DNA of 64,000 nt from Blastocatellia bacterium (GTDB taxonomy: Bacteria; Acidobacteriota; Blastocatellia; UBA7656), in the NCBI GenBank assembly GCA_036505875.1, contig DASXSR010000324.1, positions 2,225 through 66,224 on the forward strand, read 5' to 3'. How positions within the stretch are numbered: the first letter of the stretch is position 1; each line of letters begins with the position of its first letter. The notes under the pieces were generated by a model, which saw nothing but the letters and a program-made list of their open reading frames with translations, searched no databases and was not told the DNA's origin. This document shows positions 25,930-36,400 of this stretch, in pieces. The position numbers and the translations under genes are program-made.

Positions 25930-25992
25930 TCACGTATTATTCTGCTGTGCTAGGACCTCGTCGCGACTAAGACATGAAGGAGCAACAAACGC

Positions 25993-26574
25993 ATGGACCC
26001 AAAGTTCTGGAGCGACTTGCTTCATCCCGACGTGTCGATTTTAGAGAAGATAGTTCGGCCGGTGATTGTCTACGTCTTCTTGATCATTGGCCTGCGTCTT
26101 GCGGGCAAGCGCGAGCTGGCTCAACTGAACCCGTTTGATCTGGTCGTGCTGCTGACGCTTTCCAACACCGTCCAGAATGCGATCATCGGCAACGACAATT
26201 CAGTGGCCGGCGGGCTCATCGGCGCGGCAACGCTGCTGACCGTGAACTACTTTGTTGTACGATTTCTCTTCAAACACGAAAAACTCGAGCGTCTCGTGGA
26301 GGGCGATGCTGATGTGCTGATTGAAAACGGAGAAATCAAACACGATCGGCTGAGGAAGGAGCTGATCACTCTGCCCGAGCTTAAGATGGCCGCCCATAAG
26401 CAAGGATTCGCATCGTTTGACGAGGTTGACCGTGCGGTGCTCGAACCGGGTGGAACGATATCGTTCTCCGCCAAGCGACCAACGCCTGAAGCCGAACGCC
26501 ACGCCGAGCTAATGGCAGCTCTTCAGCAGATGCGCGATGAGCTGGCCATGGTGCGCGCCGCACTACGGACTTAA
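25993..26574 (+). CDS. DUF421 (YetF-like) membrane protein
   Basis: RPVIVYVFLIIGLRLAGKRELAQLNPFDLVVLLTLSNTVQNAIIG is the family signature. Confidence 0.8.
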   Translation: MDPKFWSDLLHPDVSILEKIVRPVIVYVFLIIGLRLAGKRELAQLNPFDLVVLLTLSNTVQNAIIGNDNSVAGGLIGAATLLTVNYFVVRFLFKHEKLERLVEGDADVLIENGEIKHDRLRKELITLPELKMAAHKQGFASFDEVDRAVLEPGGTISFSAKRPTPEAERHAELMAALQQMRDELAMVRAALRT

Positions 26575-26578
26575 GACG

Positions 26579-27352
26579 ATGGCAATTCACCCAACCGCGA
26601 TCCTCAGTTCTGGTGCGAGAGTTGGCGAGAACGTAAGTGTCGGGCCTTACGCCGCGATCGAGCCGGACACCGAGATCGGAGCAGGCTGTGAGATCCGCGC
26701 ACACGCCGTCATCAAGCGATTCACGACCCTCGGCCTGAGTAACGTTGTTCACGAAGGCGCGGTGCTCGGGGGCGAGCCTCAGGACGTCGGCTTCGTCGAT
26801 TGCACAAGTTATCTTCGAGTTGGCTCGAACAATCGCATTCGCGAAGGCGTGACGATGCACCGAGGAACGCAACCGGAATCTGCCACGGTGGTAGGATCAA
26901 ACTGTTTCATCATGGCAAATGCGCACGTGGCTCATAACTGCCGGTTGGGCGACGGCGTGATAATCGCTAACAACGTCGCGCTTGCAGGTTACATCGACAT
27001 CGACGATCTTGCGTTCATCTCGGGCGGAGTTGTGGTGCATCAGTTTTGCCGAATCGGTCGTCTGGCGATGATCGGAGGGAACTCAAAAATTGTTCAAGAT
27101 TGTCTGCCCTTCGTCATCACCGACGGCGTGCCGGGACGCGCTCGTGGACTTAATTTGGTCGGTCTGAGACGAGCCGGCATACGGTCGAGTAAAATTCAGA
27201 AACTCAAAGAGGCGTATCGAATCTTGCTTCGTTCTGGGCTTTCGCTTGAGGAGGCGATCGTTCGGCTTACGGGTCTGGCAGATCCGCTGGTCAATGAGCT
27301 AGTAGAGTTCGTCCGTACGTCAACCCGCGGCTTCTGTCACGACGAAAAGTAA
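26579..27352 (+). CDS. lpxA: Acyl-ACP--UDP-N-acetylglucosamine O-acyltransferase
   Basis: Start at ATG 26579. MAIHPTAILSSGARVGENVSVGPYAAIEPDTEIGAGCEI hexapeptide repeats, plus a C-terminal helical domain (NLVGLRRAGI...). Confidence 0.85.
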   Translation: MAIHPTAILSSGARVGENVSVGPYAAIEPDTEIGAGCEIRAHAVIKRFTTLGLSNVVHEGAVLGGEPQDVGFVDCTSYLRVGSNNRIREGVTMHRGTQPESATVVGSNCFIMANAHVAHNCRLGDGVIIANNVALAGYIDIDDLAFISGGVVVHQFCRIGRLAMIGGNSKIVQDCLPFVITDGVPGRARGLNLVGLRRAGIRSSKIQKLKEAYRILLRSGLSLEEAIVRLTGLADPLVNELVEFVRTSTRGFCHDEK

Positions 27353-27444
27353 GGACTCAACTAACGCCCCACAATATTCAGCGAAGGCCGTCGCTGGCGT
27401 CGTTCATTCGCCCGATTGTATAATCCGGCTCTCGTCTCCGATTT

Positions 27445-29136
27445 ATGGGGTCCCGTTCAAGAAAACCGACTTCCTCATTCCTGGAAAAAAACTGGCGCGC
27501 GATTGAGATCGGCGCGCTCTCGTTAATCATTCTGCTAACTGCGGTTGAGAGGCTTCGATTTCTGAACGTCCCGCTCGAGCGAGATGAGGGGGAGTATGCC
27601 TATGCTGGGCAGCTCATCCTTCGCGGCTTTCCGCCCTACCTGCACGCTTACAACATGAAGTTTCCAGGGGTGTACGCGGGCTACGCGCTGGTGATGGCGG
27701 TGTTTGGGGAGACAATCGCGGGGATCCGCATCGGACTTCTGATTGTGAACGCCGCCACGATCCTGCTGGTGTTTTTGGCTGCCAAGCGGTTAACCGAACC
27801 GTTGTGGGCGCTGGCCGCCGCCGCAAGCTTTGCCTTTCTTTCGCTCGGCGAGCCGGTGCTGGGGACATTCGCTCATGCAACTCACTTCGTGATGTTATTT
27901 GCGGTCGCCGGCTCGCTTGCTTTGTTGAAAGGAATCGACGACGCACGCATTGCGTGGTTGATAGCGAGCGGGGCTCTTTTCGGCGTTGCGGTTCTCATGA
28001 AGCAACACGGCGTTCTCTTCATTTTATTCGCCGCGGCTTACATCGCCTGGGATGAGTATCGCGTGAGGAACGGATCGCTGCGGGCTCTTATCACCAAAGG
28101 CGCAGCTCTCACGTTGGGCGCGTCGATCCCGCTGGCTCTCACCGCGCTGCTGCTCTTGCGCGCGGGTGTGTTGGGAAAGTTTTGGTTTTGGACATTCAAG
28201 TACGCGGCCAACTATGTCACTGAAATGTCTTTGTCGACAGGCGCGCACATTTTCTGGGTTAAGGTGAGGGAAATTGCTGGCCCCTCGATAGCGCTGTGGC
28301 TATTGGCCGGAGCGGGGCTAGTCGCGATCTGGAGTAGAACTCAGCCGCGTGAGTCACGACCGCTTCTTGTCGGGCTGCTGTTGGCGTCGTTTTTGGCGAT
28401 GGTGCCGGGCCTCTACTTTCGACCGCACTATTTCGTTCTTATTCTTCCGGCGGTGGCGCTGCTGATAAGTTCAGCACTCAGTTGGCTGAATAAACTCTTC
28501 AGAAATAGACGCATGACCACAGCCTCTGTAGTTCTGCCGCTTTCGGTGTTCATTATCGCAATCGGCAGCGCGGCGTATCAGCAGGAGTTTTTTCTTTTTG
28601 AGATGAGGCCGGAGCAAGCCAGTCGCGTTATCTATAACGCGGCGGCTTTCCCGGAGAGCATCCCGGTCGCCGAGTATATCAAGTCACACACTGATCAGTC
28701 GGATCGCATCGCGGTTCTGGGGTCCGAGCCGCAAATTTATTTCTATTCCGATCGGTTATCGGCGACGGGCTACATTTATATGTATAGTCTGATGGAATCA
28801 CACAGTTATGCCGAACAGATGCAGCACGAGATGATCAACGAAATCGAGACCACAAAGCCGAAGTATGTTGTCCAGGTCTTCGCTCCCGGCTCCTGGGTCG
28901 CCCGCCCGTTCTCGCCACAACTCGTGTTTCAGTGGATGAAAGGGTTCGTTAAGGATAATTTCGATCTGGTTGGCGTCGCCGAAATAGTCTCTCTTGATAC
29001 AACGAAATACTATTGGGACAAGGAGGCGACTGCATACGCCAGACGCTCGCGCGATATCACCGATCCTCTTCGACAATTCCCCACGGTGTTGGTTTTCAGG
29101 AGAAAAGACGCGGCAGCGGTTGCTCCGGCTGGGTAG
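27445..29136 (+). CDS. GT-C fold (ArnT/PMT-like) membrane glycosyltransferase
   Basis: 563 aa with more than 10 TM segments. The first periplasmic loop, ERDEGEYAYAGQLILRGFPPY, is typical of the ArnT/GT39-like family. Confidence 0.7.
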   Translation: MGSRSRKPTSSFLEKNWRAIEIGALSLIILLTAVERLRFLNVPLERDEGEYAYAGQLILRGFPPYLHAYNMKFPGVYAGYALVMAVFGETIAGIRIGLLIVNAATILLVFLAAKRLTEPLWALAAAASFAFLSLGEPVLGTFAHATHFVMLFAVAGSLALLKGIDDARIAWLIASGALFGVAVLMKQHGVLFILFAAAYIAWDEYRVRNGSLRALITKGAALTLGASIPLALTALLLLRAGVLGKFWFWTFKYAANYVTEMSLSTGAHIFWVKVREIAGPSIALWLLAGAGLVAIWSRTQPRESRPLLVGLLLASFLAMVPGLYFRPHYFVLILPAVALLISSALSWLNKLFRNRRMTTASVVLPLSVFIIAIGSAAYQQEFFLFEMRPEQASRVIYNAAAFPESIPVAEYIKSHTDQSDRIAVLGSEPQIYFYSDRLSATGYIYMYSLMESHSYAEQMQHEMINEIETTKPKYVVQVFAPGSWVARPFSPQLVFQWMKGFVKDNFDLVGVAEIVSLDTTKYYWDKEATAYARRSRDITDPLRQFPTVLVFRRKDAAAVAPAG

Positions 29137-29144
29137 CTGACGGC

Positions 29145-29930
29145 TCAACGCCTCCAGGCTTCGCCCTCGTCACGCAGATCGTCGAGCGCAGACTGCAACG
29201 CTTGTTGCTTGGCCGCCACCTCTGCGCTGCTTGCGTGTCGCGACACGTAGATCGGCTCGGAAATCAAAACTGCCGCGCGAGTGAACGGCAGGGGAATCTG
29301 CAAACGGTCCCAGCTCGGAAGCTCGACGTATTTGCGCGCCGCGATGTGAAATGGAAGTATTGCCTGCCCGGTGTGTCGCGCAAGCGTCACAGCCCCGGTC
29401 TTTGCGATGTAAGCCGGGCCGCGGGGTCCATCGATTGTGAACCCCGCTTCGATTCCGTTCTTCAAACATTCGGCCATCTCGGCAAGAGCGCGCCCTCCGC
29501 CTCGCGTCGAAGAACCGCGCGCAGTGCCGTAACCGAATCGCTTGATCACCCGGCCGGTGTATTCGGCATCGCGACTGACGCTCGACATGACCACGATGCC
29601 GCGCCCGCGAAAAAACCACGTAGCGCCCAGTATGCAAGTGTGCCAGAAGGCGAAGATTGGCCGATGCCCGCGGTCGATAATTGAGTCAAGATGTTGACGA
29701 CCGCGCATTTCCCATCTCAGCGTCGAACAGATCGCTCGAATCAGCCAATAAAGGAATAGATCGGCGGTACGGATGATCAACCGATCAAGTTGTCGATAGG
29801 TGGAGAGATCGCTGAATTCGTAGACGCGGCGCCGCAACAGGTCCAGATCAACTCCCTGGCGGTCGTTAGAGCCGGCAGCGGCTACTGGTTGCGAGATTCG
29901 GGATGCGGAGCTGTCGATCGGAGCTGCCAT
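29145..29930 (-). CDS. DUF374 lysophospholipid-acyltransferase-like protein
   Basis: FAFWHTCIL...MSSVSRDAEYTGRVIKRFGYGTARGSSTRGG...GFTIDGPRGP matches the DUF374 pattern often linked to Kdo/lipid A genes. Confidence 0.75.
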   Translation of the reverse strand: MAAPIDSSASRISQPVAAAGSNDRQGVDLDLLRRRVYEFSDLSTYRQLDRLIIRTADLFLYWLIRAICSTLRWEMRGRQHLDSIIDRGHRPIFAFWHTCILGATWFFRGRGIVVMSSVSRDAEYTGRVIKRFGYGTARGSSTRGGGRALAEMAECLKNGIEAGFTIDGPRGPAYIAKTGAVTLARHTGQAILPFHIAARKYVELPSWDRLQIPLPFTRAAVLISEPIYVSRHASSAEVAAKQQALQSALDDLRDEGEAWRR

Positions 29931-29937
29931 TGTTTCA

Positions 29938-30711
29938 CTAGAATTTTAAACCGACACCCGCACGCACCATCGTTTGGCTCGAGAAATTCACGTGTGGGTC
30001 GTAGTAAGCTTTCCAAAACCACGAAGGCCGATCGTAGTAAACGCCGATCCCAACTGCGCGCACATACGCGCCGTCATCTCCGTGACCCGACTTGTACAAG
30101 CCGTCAACAGTAATCCCGTTGGCCGAATTCAGCTTGTGCCGCCATAGCACATGAGTGTCCTGTTGGTGTGTGTGCAAACGAACGTCGAAGATTGTGTAGC
30201 CGTAAATCTTGTCGTACTGATTGATCTTTCGACCGGCGCCCAACTGCAGCGATTCACTTGGATCGAAAAACAGGTCGTTGAAAGGCTTCAAGTTTGTTTG
30301 CGAGTAACCGACGATGCCATAGTTCTTCGAGCCCAACTCCGCGTACAGCGAGCCGGCCAATGCTCCATTCGAGCCGACTTCGAGCGTCGGGATAAACAGC
30401 AGCCATTTGTGTTGAAAGTCATACTCTGCGCCGATGCGCGCCTGACTGTCGCCGTTTGGATCATAGAAGCCGGCGAGCCACGCGACCACGTGCCCGAACT
30501 GATGTCGAAGGTTTATGTCGTAGTTACGGTCGTTCGACAGAAAATAAACGGCGAACGTAATCTTTGACTTCTTATCATCAGCTCGCTCTATTGCAGGGGT
30601 CTGCCCTTGTTGAGGAGGTTGAGATAGCTGTTGGGCCGAGGCCGGCGCGTTTAGAACGCCGATCAGCGCAGCAAGCACCAGAATTGACGACCTCACTGCT
30701 TTAAAGGACAA
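29938..30711 (-). CDS. Outer-membrane beta-barrel protein, hypothetical
   Basis: The track ORF extends to 30771 but would overlap the upstream gene by 50 nt. TTG 30711 gives a clean signal peptide (SFKAVRSSILVLAALIGVLNAPASAQ). C-terminus ...AGVGLKF. Confidence 0.6.
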   Translation of the reverse strand: MSFKAVRSSILVLAALIGVLNAPASAQQLSQPPQQGQTPAIERADDKKSKITFAVYFLSNDRNYDINLRHQFGHVVAWLAGFYDPNGDSQARIGAEYDFQHKWLLFIPTLEVGSNGALAGSLYAELGSKNYGIVGYSQTNLKPFNDLFFDPSESLQLGAGRKINQYDKIYGYTIFDVRLHTHQQDTHVLWRHKLNSANGITVDGLYKSGHGDDGAYVRAVGIGVYYDRPSWFWKAYYDPHVNFSSQTMVRAGVGLKF

Positions 30712-30721
30712 GTCAGCTCGC

Positions 30722-31750
30722 TCAGAATGGCCAGTAACCTTCGATTTCCATTTGTATGCGGAATAGCTCACGGTTGGTCGCGACGATCATATTTCCGTGA
30801 TCATCGAAGCACAATCCAATGATTCCAATTCCGGCGACTACCATCTCGGCTTCTGCGTCGGGTGTAATCTTGATTATGCCGCGATGCCCTCGCCGGCTTG
30901 CGGCGACGTATAGATTACCCTCGCGATCGAACGCGAGACCTTGCGGTCGCCCCATCCCGGAAAAGAATCTGGTCACCTCGCCGTCAGGACTAATCCGGAT
31001 GATCGAATCGAAGCTGGAAAGCGTCGGCCCGGTCACGTACAAATTGCCGTCGGGCCCAAATGCCAGGTGATAAGCCGCGACGCTTGGTTCCAACGTGGCA
31101 AAGGGTGTGCCCTCGCCGATCTCGTTAACGAGGAAAATCGTGCCGCTGCGGTCGCCGACAAACATCCGACCGTCGGGATCGAACGCGATGCCAGTGGCGA
31201 TGCCGAGATTATGGGCGAACTCCTCTGCTTCTTTGAACGGAGTCACTCGATAAACCGTCCCGTCATATCGACTGGTAATGAACATCTCGCCAGCCGGGCT
31301 GAACGCGAGGCCTGTAGGATTGATCAAATCAGTAAGGAAGGGTTCGCTTTCGCCGTCCGGGGTTATCTTGTAAACGGAAACCGGCACCTTCTGTCCGCGC
31401 GATCCCGAAAGCGTCGTATAGATAGCGCCGTTGTCGCGATCGTATGCGGGATTTGCTACCGGGTGAAGGTTCTCGGCGAGCTTCTGACCCACGACGAACG
31501 GCATGCCTTCGCTGATCGAGCCGTTCGATTCGAGTGTAATGTAGACTTCCGTGCTGTCGAGCAGCACGCTCGAAGGCACCGGCGCGATCACCCGGCTGCT
31601 CGACGCGCTGATGGGTCTGATTTCAGCGTCTCCGAAGCGGATTCGCACTCGGTCGTAGGCAGAGAAAGCGAAATTCTTGCAGGTGATTATGATTTCGCCG
31701 CCTTCGACCCCGGCGCTGGGCACGACGCTTTCGATTACAGGTTGAGGCAT
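30722..31750 (-). CDS. IPT/TIG domain plus NHL/SMP-30-like beta-propeller protein
   Basis: The N-terminus PVIESVVPSAGVEGGEIIITCKNF is IPT-like. Repeated blades follow (GLAFSPAGEMFITS, GIAFDPDGRMFVGD, HLAFGPDGNLYVTG, GLAFDREGNLYVA). Confidence 0.75.
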   Translation of the reverse strand: MPQPVIESVVPSAGVEGGEIIITCKNFAFSAYDRVRIRFGDAEIRPISASSSRVIAPVPSSVLLDSTEVYITLESNGSISEGMPFVVGQKLAENLHPVANPAYDRDNGAIYTTLSGSRGQKVPVSVYKITPDGESEPFLTDLINPTGLAFSPAGEMFITSRYDGTVYRVTPFKEAEEFAHNLGIATGIAFDPDGRMFVGDRSGTIFLVNEIGEGTPFATLEPSVAAYHLAFGPDGNLYVTGPTLSSFDSIIRISPDGEVTRFFSGMGRPQGLAFDREGNLYVAASRRGHRGIIKITPDAEAEMVVAGIGIIGLCFDDHGNMIVATNRELFRIQMEIEGYWPF

Positions 31751-31825
31751 CCGCTTCCTCGTCCTCGTGGCACTTAATGAGACGAGTATATTACGATGCG
31801 ACGTATGGATTGTCCATAAACAGGC

Positions 31826-32500
31826 TCAGCGGGTGAACAACGTGTCGAGGTCTTCCGCCGTCAGCTCGGCGAGGCTCTCGACCACAAGATCGGCTTCGAG
31901 AAGCTTCTCGCGAGGATACGAGTTCGTTATGGCAAGACATCGCATCCCGGCATTGTGCGCAGCAATGACGCCGTGAATGGAATCTTCAATTACCAGGCAC
32001 TCCTCGCGGCCCAAATCGTCGCCGCTCGCGAGCAACTCCCACGCTCGGATGAACGGCTCGGGATCAGGTTTGCTATGCGTTACGTCTTCCGAACTGACGA
32101 TAACTTTGAAACAGTCGCGTACGCCGCCGTACTTCAGCACAAGATCGATCTCGCGTCGAAGCGCGCCAGACGCAACCGCAAGCGGATAGCGGCCTGCGGC
32201 CTGCCGAATGAACTCAGTCGCGCCCGGCAACAGTTGCAGCGTGGCTCGCATCACCGGCTCGACCACCTGGGCCTTTCGATTGACCAAGTCCTCCAGTTCT
32301 TTTGGAGTTAGCGAAGCGTCGCGTTCGGCAAACGCCTTCGTGAAACAAGCTCGGTCATCCAGCGCGAGATAGTGGCTGAAATATTCTTCTTTGGTGAGAA
32401 TGATTCCTTCTTCTTCAAGCACTCGCTGAAACGACGCCATGTGGATCGGTTCCGTATCGGCTATCACGCCGTCGCAGTCGAAGATGATTGCTCGGAGCAT
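31826..32500 (-). CDS. HAD-superfamily hydrolase (beta-phosphoglucomutase-like subfamily IA)
   Basis: Start at ATG 32500. MLRAIIFDCDGVIADTEP (DxDGV motif I) and a distal EDSIHGVIAAHNAGM. Confidence 0.8.
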   Translation of the reverse strand: MLRAIIFDCDGVIADTEPIHMASFQRVLEEEGIILTKEEYFSHYLALDDRACFTKAFAERDASLTPKELEDLVNRKAQVVEPVMRATLQLLPGATEFIRQAAGRYPLAVASGALRREIDLVLKYGGVRDCFKVIVSSEDVTHSKPDPEPFIRAWELLASGDDLGREECLVIEDSIHGVIAAHNAGMRCLAITNSYPREKLLEADLVVESLAELTAEDLDTLFTR

Positions 32501-32576
32501 AGATCTGTTGGAGTTTAGCCGAATGTCCGGATTCGCGCGATGTTCTGGTGCATAAAGCAATCGAGGAGAGACGGAT

Positions 32577-32630
32577 CGAAAATCTCGAATCTCAAAGTTC
32601 AAATTTCAAATTTGAGATTTGAGACTTCGA
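32577..32630. repeat. Family C heptad-periodic inverted repeat (copy C3)
   Basis: Units TCGAAAA TCTCGAA TCTCAAA GTTCAAA TTTCAAA TTTGAGA TTTGAGA CTTCGA. Positions 32584-32597 pair with 32611-32624 (13 of 14), and TCGAA pairs with TTCGA at the ends. Confidence 0.85.
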
Positions 32631-32644
32631 CCCATCGCTCCTCG

Positions 32645-32691
32645 AGAAAAAGTGGTTCGATCTGATATGTCCCACCCGACTCGATCGAACC
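32645..32691 (-). terminator. Rho-independent terminator of the EF-hand gene
   Basis: Minus strand: GGTTCGATC, 20-nt loop, GATCGAACC (32691-32654), then ACTTTTTCTC. Confidence 0.6.
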
Positions 32692-32709
32692 CGCTGAACT
32701 CTGACATAC

Positions 32710-33405
32710 TCAGTTGTTTGGCGTCTGCGCCTTCTTGGCGTCGGCAGCCTTTTTCAACTGCTTAAGAGCGGCGTCTGCTTCTTCACGTGTGATGACGCCA
32801 TCCTTGTTCAGGTCCAGCGATTTGAATATCCGCTCGTTACCAAGCTCTTCGGGTGTAATCTTGCCGTCTTTGTTCTTGTCGTATTTCTCGAACAGGTTGT
32901 TAAGCTCGACGCCGCCGGTCGCCTGCGTCTGAGCTTCGTTCACCGCGCGGAAGAACCCGTTGAGCTCTTCAGCGTTAAGCTCGCCGTTGTGGTCCTTGTC
33001 CAGCGCGTCAAATAGCGAAAGAATCTTGCCAAATTCCTCACGCGAGATCTTACCGTCGCCGTTCGCGTCCAGAAGCTTGATCAAACTGTCGCCTACGCGT
33101 TGAAAGCCTCCGCCACCGCCGCCAAACCCCCGACGCATCGCGTTGAATTCTTCTTCGTCGATGAATCCGTCGTGGTTGCTGTCGAGCCGATCAAACATCT
33201 GTGGAGGCAACTGGCTGCTCGCCCATTCCTCTTTGCTGATCTTCTTGTCTTTATTCTTGTCGATGTCAGCGAAGGTCGGCAGTTGAATCTGCATTCGCTG
33301 GCCTCCTCCGCCAAACCCGCCCGGCGGCATCGGCGGAGGTTCCTGCGCGAACGCGCAGCTCGAAACTAAACTGATGAAAAGTACTAGTCCAAAGAATCTC
33401 TTCAT
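32710..33405 (-). CDS. Secreted multi-EF-hand calcium-binding protein
   Basis: Start at ATG 33405 (GAGGAG SD) with signal peptide MKRFFGLVLFISLVSSCAFAQ. At least five EF loops (DIDKNKDKKISKEE, DSNHDGFIDEEE, DANGDGKISREE, DKDHNGELNAEE, DKNKDGKITPEE, DLNKDGVITREE), separated by poly-Gly tracts. Confidence 0.85.
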   Translation of the reverse strand: MKRFFGLVLFISLVSSCAFAQEPPPMPPGGFGGGGQRMQIQLPTFADIDKNKDKKISKEEWASSQLPPQMFDRLDSNHDGFIDEEEFNAMRRGFGGGGGGFQRVGDSLIKLLDANGDGKISREEFGKILSLFDALDKDHNGELNAEELNGFFRAVNEAQTQATGGVELNNLFEKYDKNKDGKITPEELGNERIFKSLDLNKDGVITREEADAALKQLKKAADAKKAQTPNN

Positions 33406-33446
33406 GAATTTACTCCTCAAACTTTCACAAGCGTCCACAGTCCGAC

Positions 33447-36400
33447 TCAAAAATTGAATCTCAAGCTCACGTCAATTCTTCGTGACCCGGCGCCGCCACC
33501 AAAAAATCCGCCGCCAAAGCCTCCTCCGCCAAGGCTGCTGCTCGCCGTTCTGTTTGCTCTGCCGAAGAAAGGCGACGTGAGCACCCCGTTGTAGTTCGCG
33601 AAGTTGACATGGTTTAGGATGTCATTGGCATTGACGGAAATCGTGAGGTTGTATTTGTGGCGCACGTCGCCGCCCCCGCCCATCATCATCACGTTTCCGC
33701 CGCCGCCGCCTGGTCCGCCGCCTCGCGTAATCATCTGGGCGCCGCCGCCTCCGCCTCCCCCGCGATTCGGGGTGGCACCGCCGCCTCCGCCTCGATTGCC
33801 GCGATTTTGGCCTTGTGAATTGGCCTGGTTTTGGCCTCGGCCATTCTGACCGTCCCTGCCCCGATTAGCCATCGCGTTCCCATAGTTGTTGGGCGGTGGA
33901 CCGAAGCCGAACGTCTTTGATACGCCGAGATTGACGCTGAAAAATCCCGGGCCCTGGCCGAAGTTGCGAGGGATGATCGCCTCTCCCGGAAGCGGATCGG
34001 GATTGAAGGTCCCAAAGCGGGTCACGATCGCGCCGGGATCACCCGGATTAGCGAAGGAAGGCCGATCGGAGAACTGATTGTCGCGGTTATTGTCGCGTCC
34101 GGTCAGAATGTTGAACGGCGCGCCAGATCGTGCTTGCACAAACGGAGTGAGCCGAAATCCCCTCGGAAGCGAGATGTTCGCGCTAGCAAAGAAGTTGTGA
34201 CGAATATCGCCGCCCGCGCGCCCCCATTCAGCCGACAGATCATACGGATTGGCAGGGTTCGAACCCGCGCCATCCGTGTTGTTATGCATTGTGGCGAGAG
34301 TGTAACCGCCGAACAAAGTGATCTTCTGGCTGAAGCCCGTTCGCAGGTTTACGTTCATCTGATGCCGCTCAGACAAGCCGTTAGATTCGTACTCGAGAAT
34401 CGGCCCTTGGCCGGCAAAAGGAAGCACCGGAACTCCGTTGTCAAACCTCGTTGGCGCGTTGATGTTGCGCGAGCGAAGCAGGTGAACGCCCCTGCTCCAC
34501 GTGTAGCCAACGGAGCCGAACAGCTTAAACGGCAATTGTCGCTCGTAGCTTAAGTTTGCGACCATCGTGTACGGATCCTTAAAGTTCGCCTCTTTGATGC
34601 GAGTGGTAGGCAACCGAGACGTAGTTCCATTCTCGAGGGTCGGAGGAATGTTCAAGAAGAAGTTCGGCTGTTGAATGACGAATTGCTCCTGGTGGCCGCT
34701 GCTGAGACGAATCACTTCTGACGTAATTCCGGAATCAACGTAGTTATAAAAAATGCCGCCGCCACCGCGAATCGTGCTCTTGCGGCCCTTGTCGGGATTA
34801 AAAGCGATCGAAAAGCGAGGAGCCAGGTTCAGCCTGTCTTGCAAATGCGTTTGAAACTCCTGACGCACACCGCCCGACAGAGATAAGCGCTGCGAAACCT
34901 TCCAGTCGTCCTGCGCAAAAACTCCATATTCCCACTGCGAGAAACCGATAAATGGATCGCCGCGATTAATTGAAAACTGCGATGGGTGATAACCCGGCAC
35001 GCCGCGCACCACCCGGCTGTACAGCTCGATCGGGCTTATGGGAATCGGCGCCCCGTCTGCGCCAAGTAATATCTTCCCCTGAGCGTCGCGCTCGAAGTCC
35101 TGCCCGAACGTGAATGATCCGCCGAAGTTCGAGCGATTGAGATTATTAGGCTGAACGCCTTCGGCCCGAAACCCCGCCTTGAAAGTGTGCTTCTTGCGCG
35201 AGTAAGTGAACGTATCGGTGAAGTCGAGATTCTGATTTTGGTTATCGCTAAAAGTCTGGCTTCCGCCGCCGTTGAACGCGTCGAGCACGTTGATTGCCAC
35301 AGCATCAGACAAGGCCCGAGACATGCTCTCACGGCGGCTCAACTGAATCCGCATCTCATTGACCGCGCGCTCGCTGGCGATTGTGGTGAGCGAAAGCCGG
35401 AGCGTGTTCTCACTCGAAGTGGAGTTTGACCCGCGCTCTGGAAGCGTGAATCCGCCACCCCCGCCTCTATGAGATTCGTTTTGAGAATGGCGAAACTGTA
35501 TGCCGATCGTGTGCTGTTTGGTTGCAAGATAGTCGCTGCGAATTGAAAAGTTTGAGCTCCGAATTGGAGTCAACACCGTAGCGGCGAAGGGCGTAGGTTG
35601 AAAAGTAGCGGGGTCGATCACTATCGCGTTGACGTAATCGTTGCCGTCTATTTCATTTCGCCGCATGTCGAAGAAGAAGCCCCAGCGATTGCGAATGATC
35701 GGTCCGCTGAAATAGCCGCCGTAGTTGCGATACTGAAAGGGCGCCCTGAATGTTGCAAAAGCATCGCGGGCGTTCAGTGATTCGTCATTGAAGCTGAAAT
35801 TGAAACCGCCGTGAAACGTGTCCGCGCCGGGCTTGGTGATGATTTCGATGCGGGCATCGCCGCGCTCCGAGAACTCAGCCGAATAAGGGTTTTGATTTAT
35901 GTTTATTCGCAGAATAGCTTCTTTCGGAGGAAGCTGGCCGCGCTCGCGAAAGCCGCCGACGTAGACTGCCGCGTCATCGGCCCCACCTGCCGCGCCCGCC
36001 ATCTGCTTCAATGTTTGAAGCAACTCGTCCGGGTCGTCGGGAAGAGCCTGCAGGTCTTTTTCTGTGAGAGTGATTGCCGACAGATTCTTGTCCGGGTCTG
36101 TAGAAATCCCGGCAGAATCGTCCTTAACGTCGACCTTCTCGGCAATTATCACTTTGAGCTTCACGTCGAATGGACCGCTCGGTTTCGTAGTGAGATCTAT
36201 CTCCTGTGAGAACCTTGCGAAACCTTCGACTTCAACGGTCAACGTGTAAACGCCCGGCTTGACCGTGAAGCGATAACGCCCGTGGTCGTCGGACACGGTG
36301 GTGAACTTCAGCCCGTTCTCCGACTGCAGCGTTAGCGGCGCAGCAGCGATATAGGCGTTAGTCTCGTCGATGACAGTTCCACGCAGCTCGATCGATCCTT

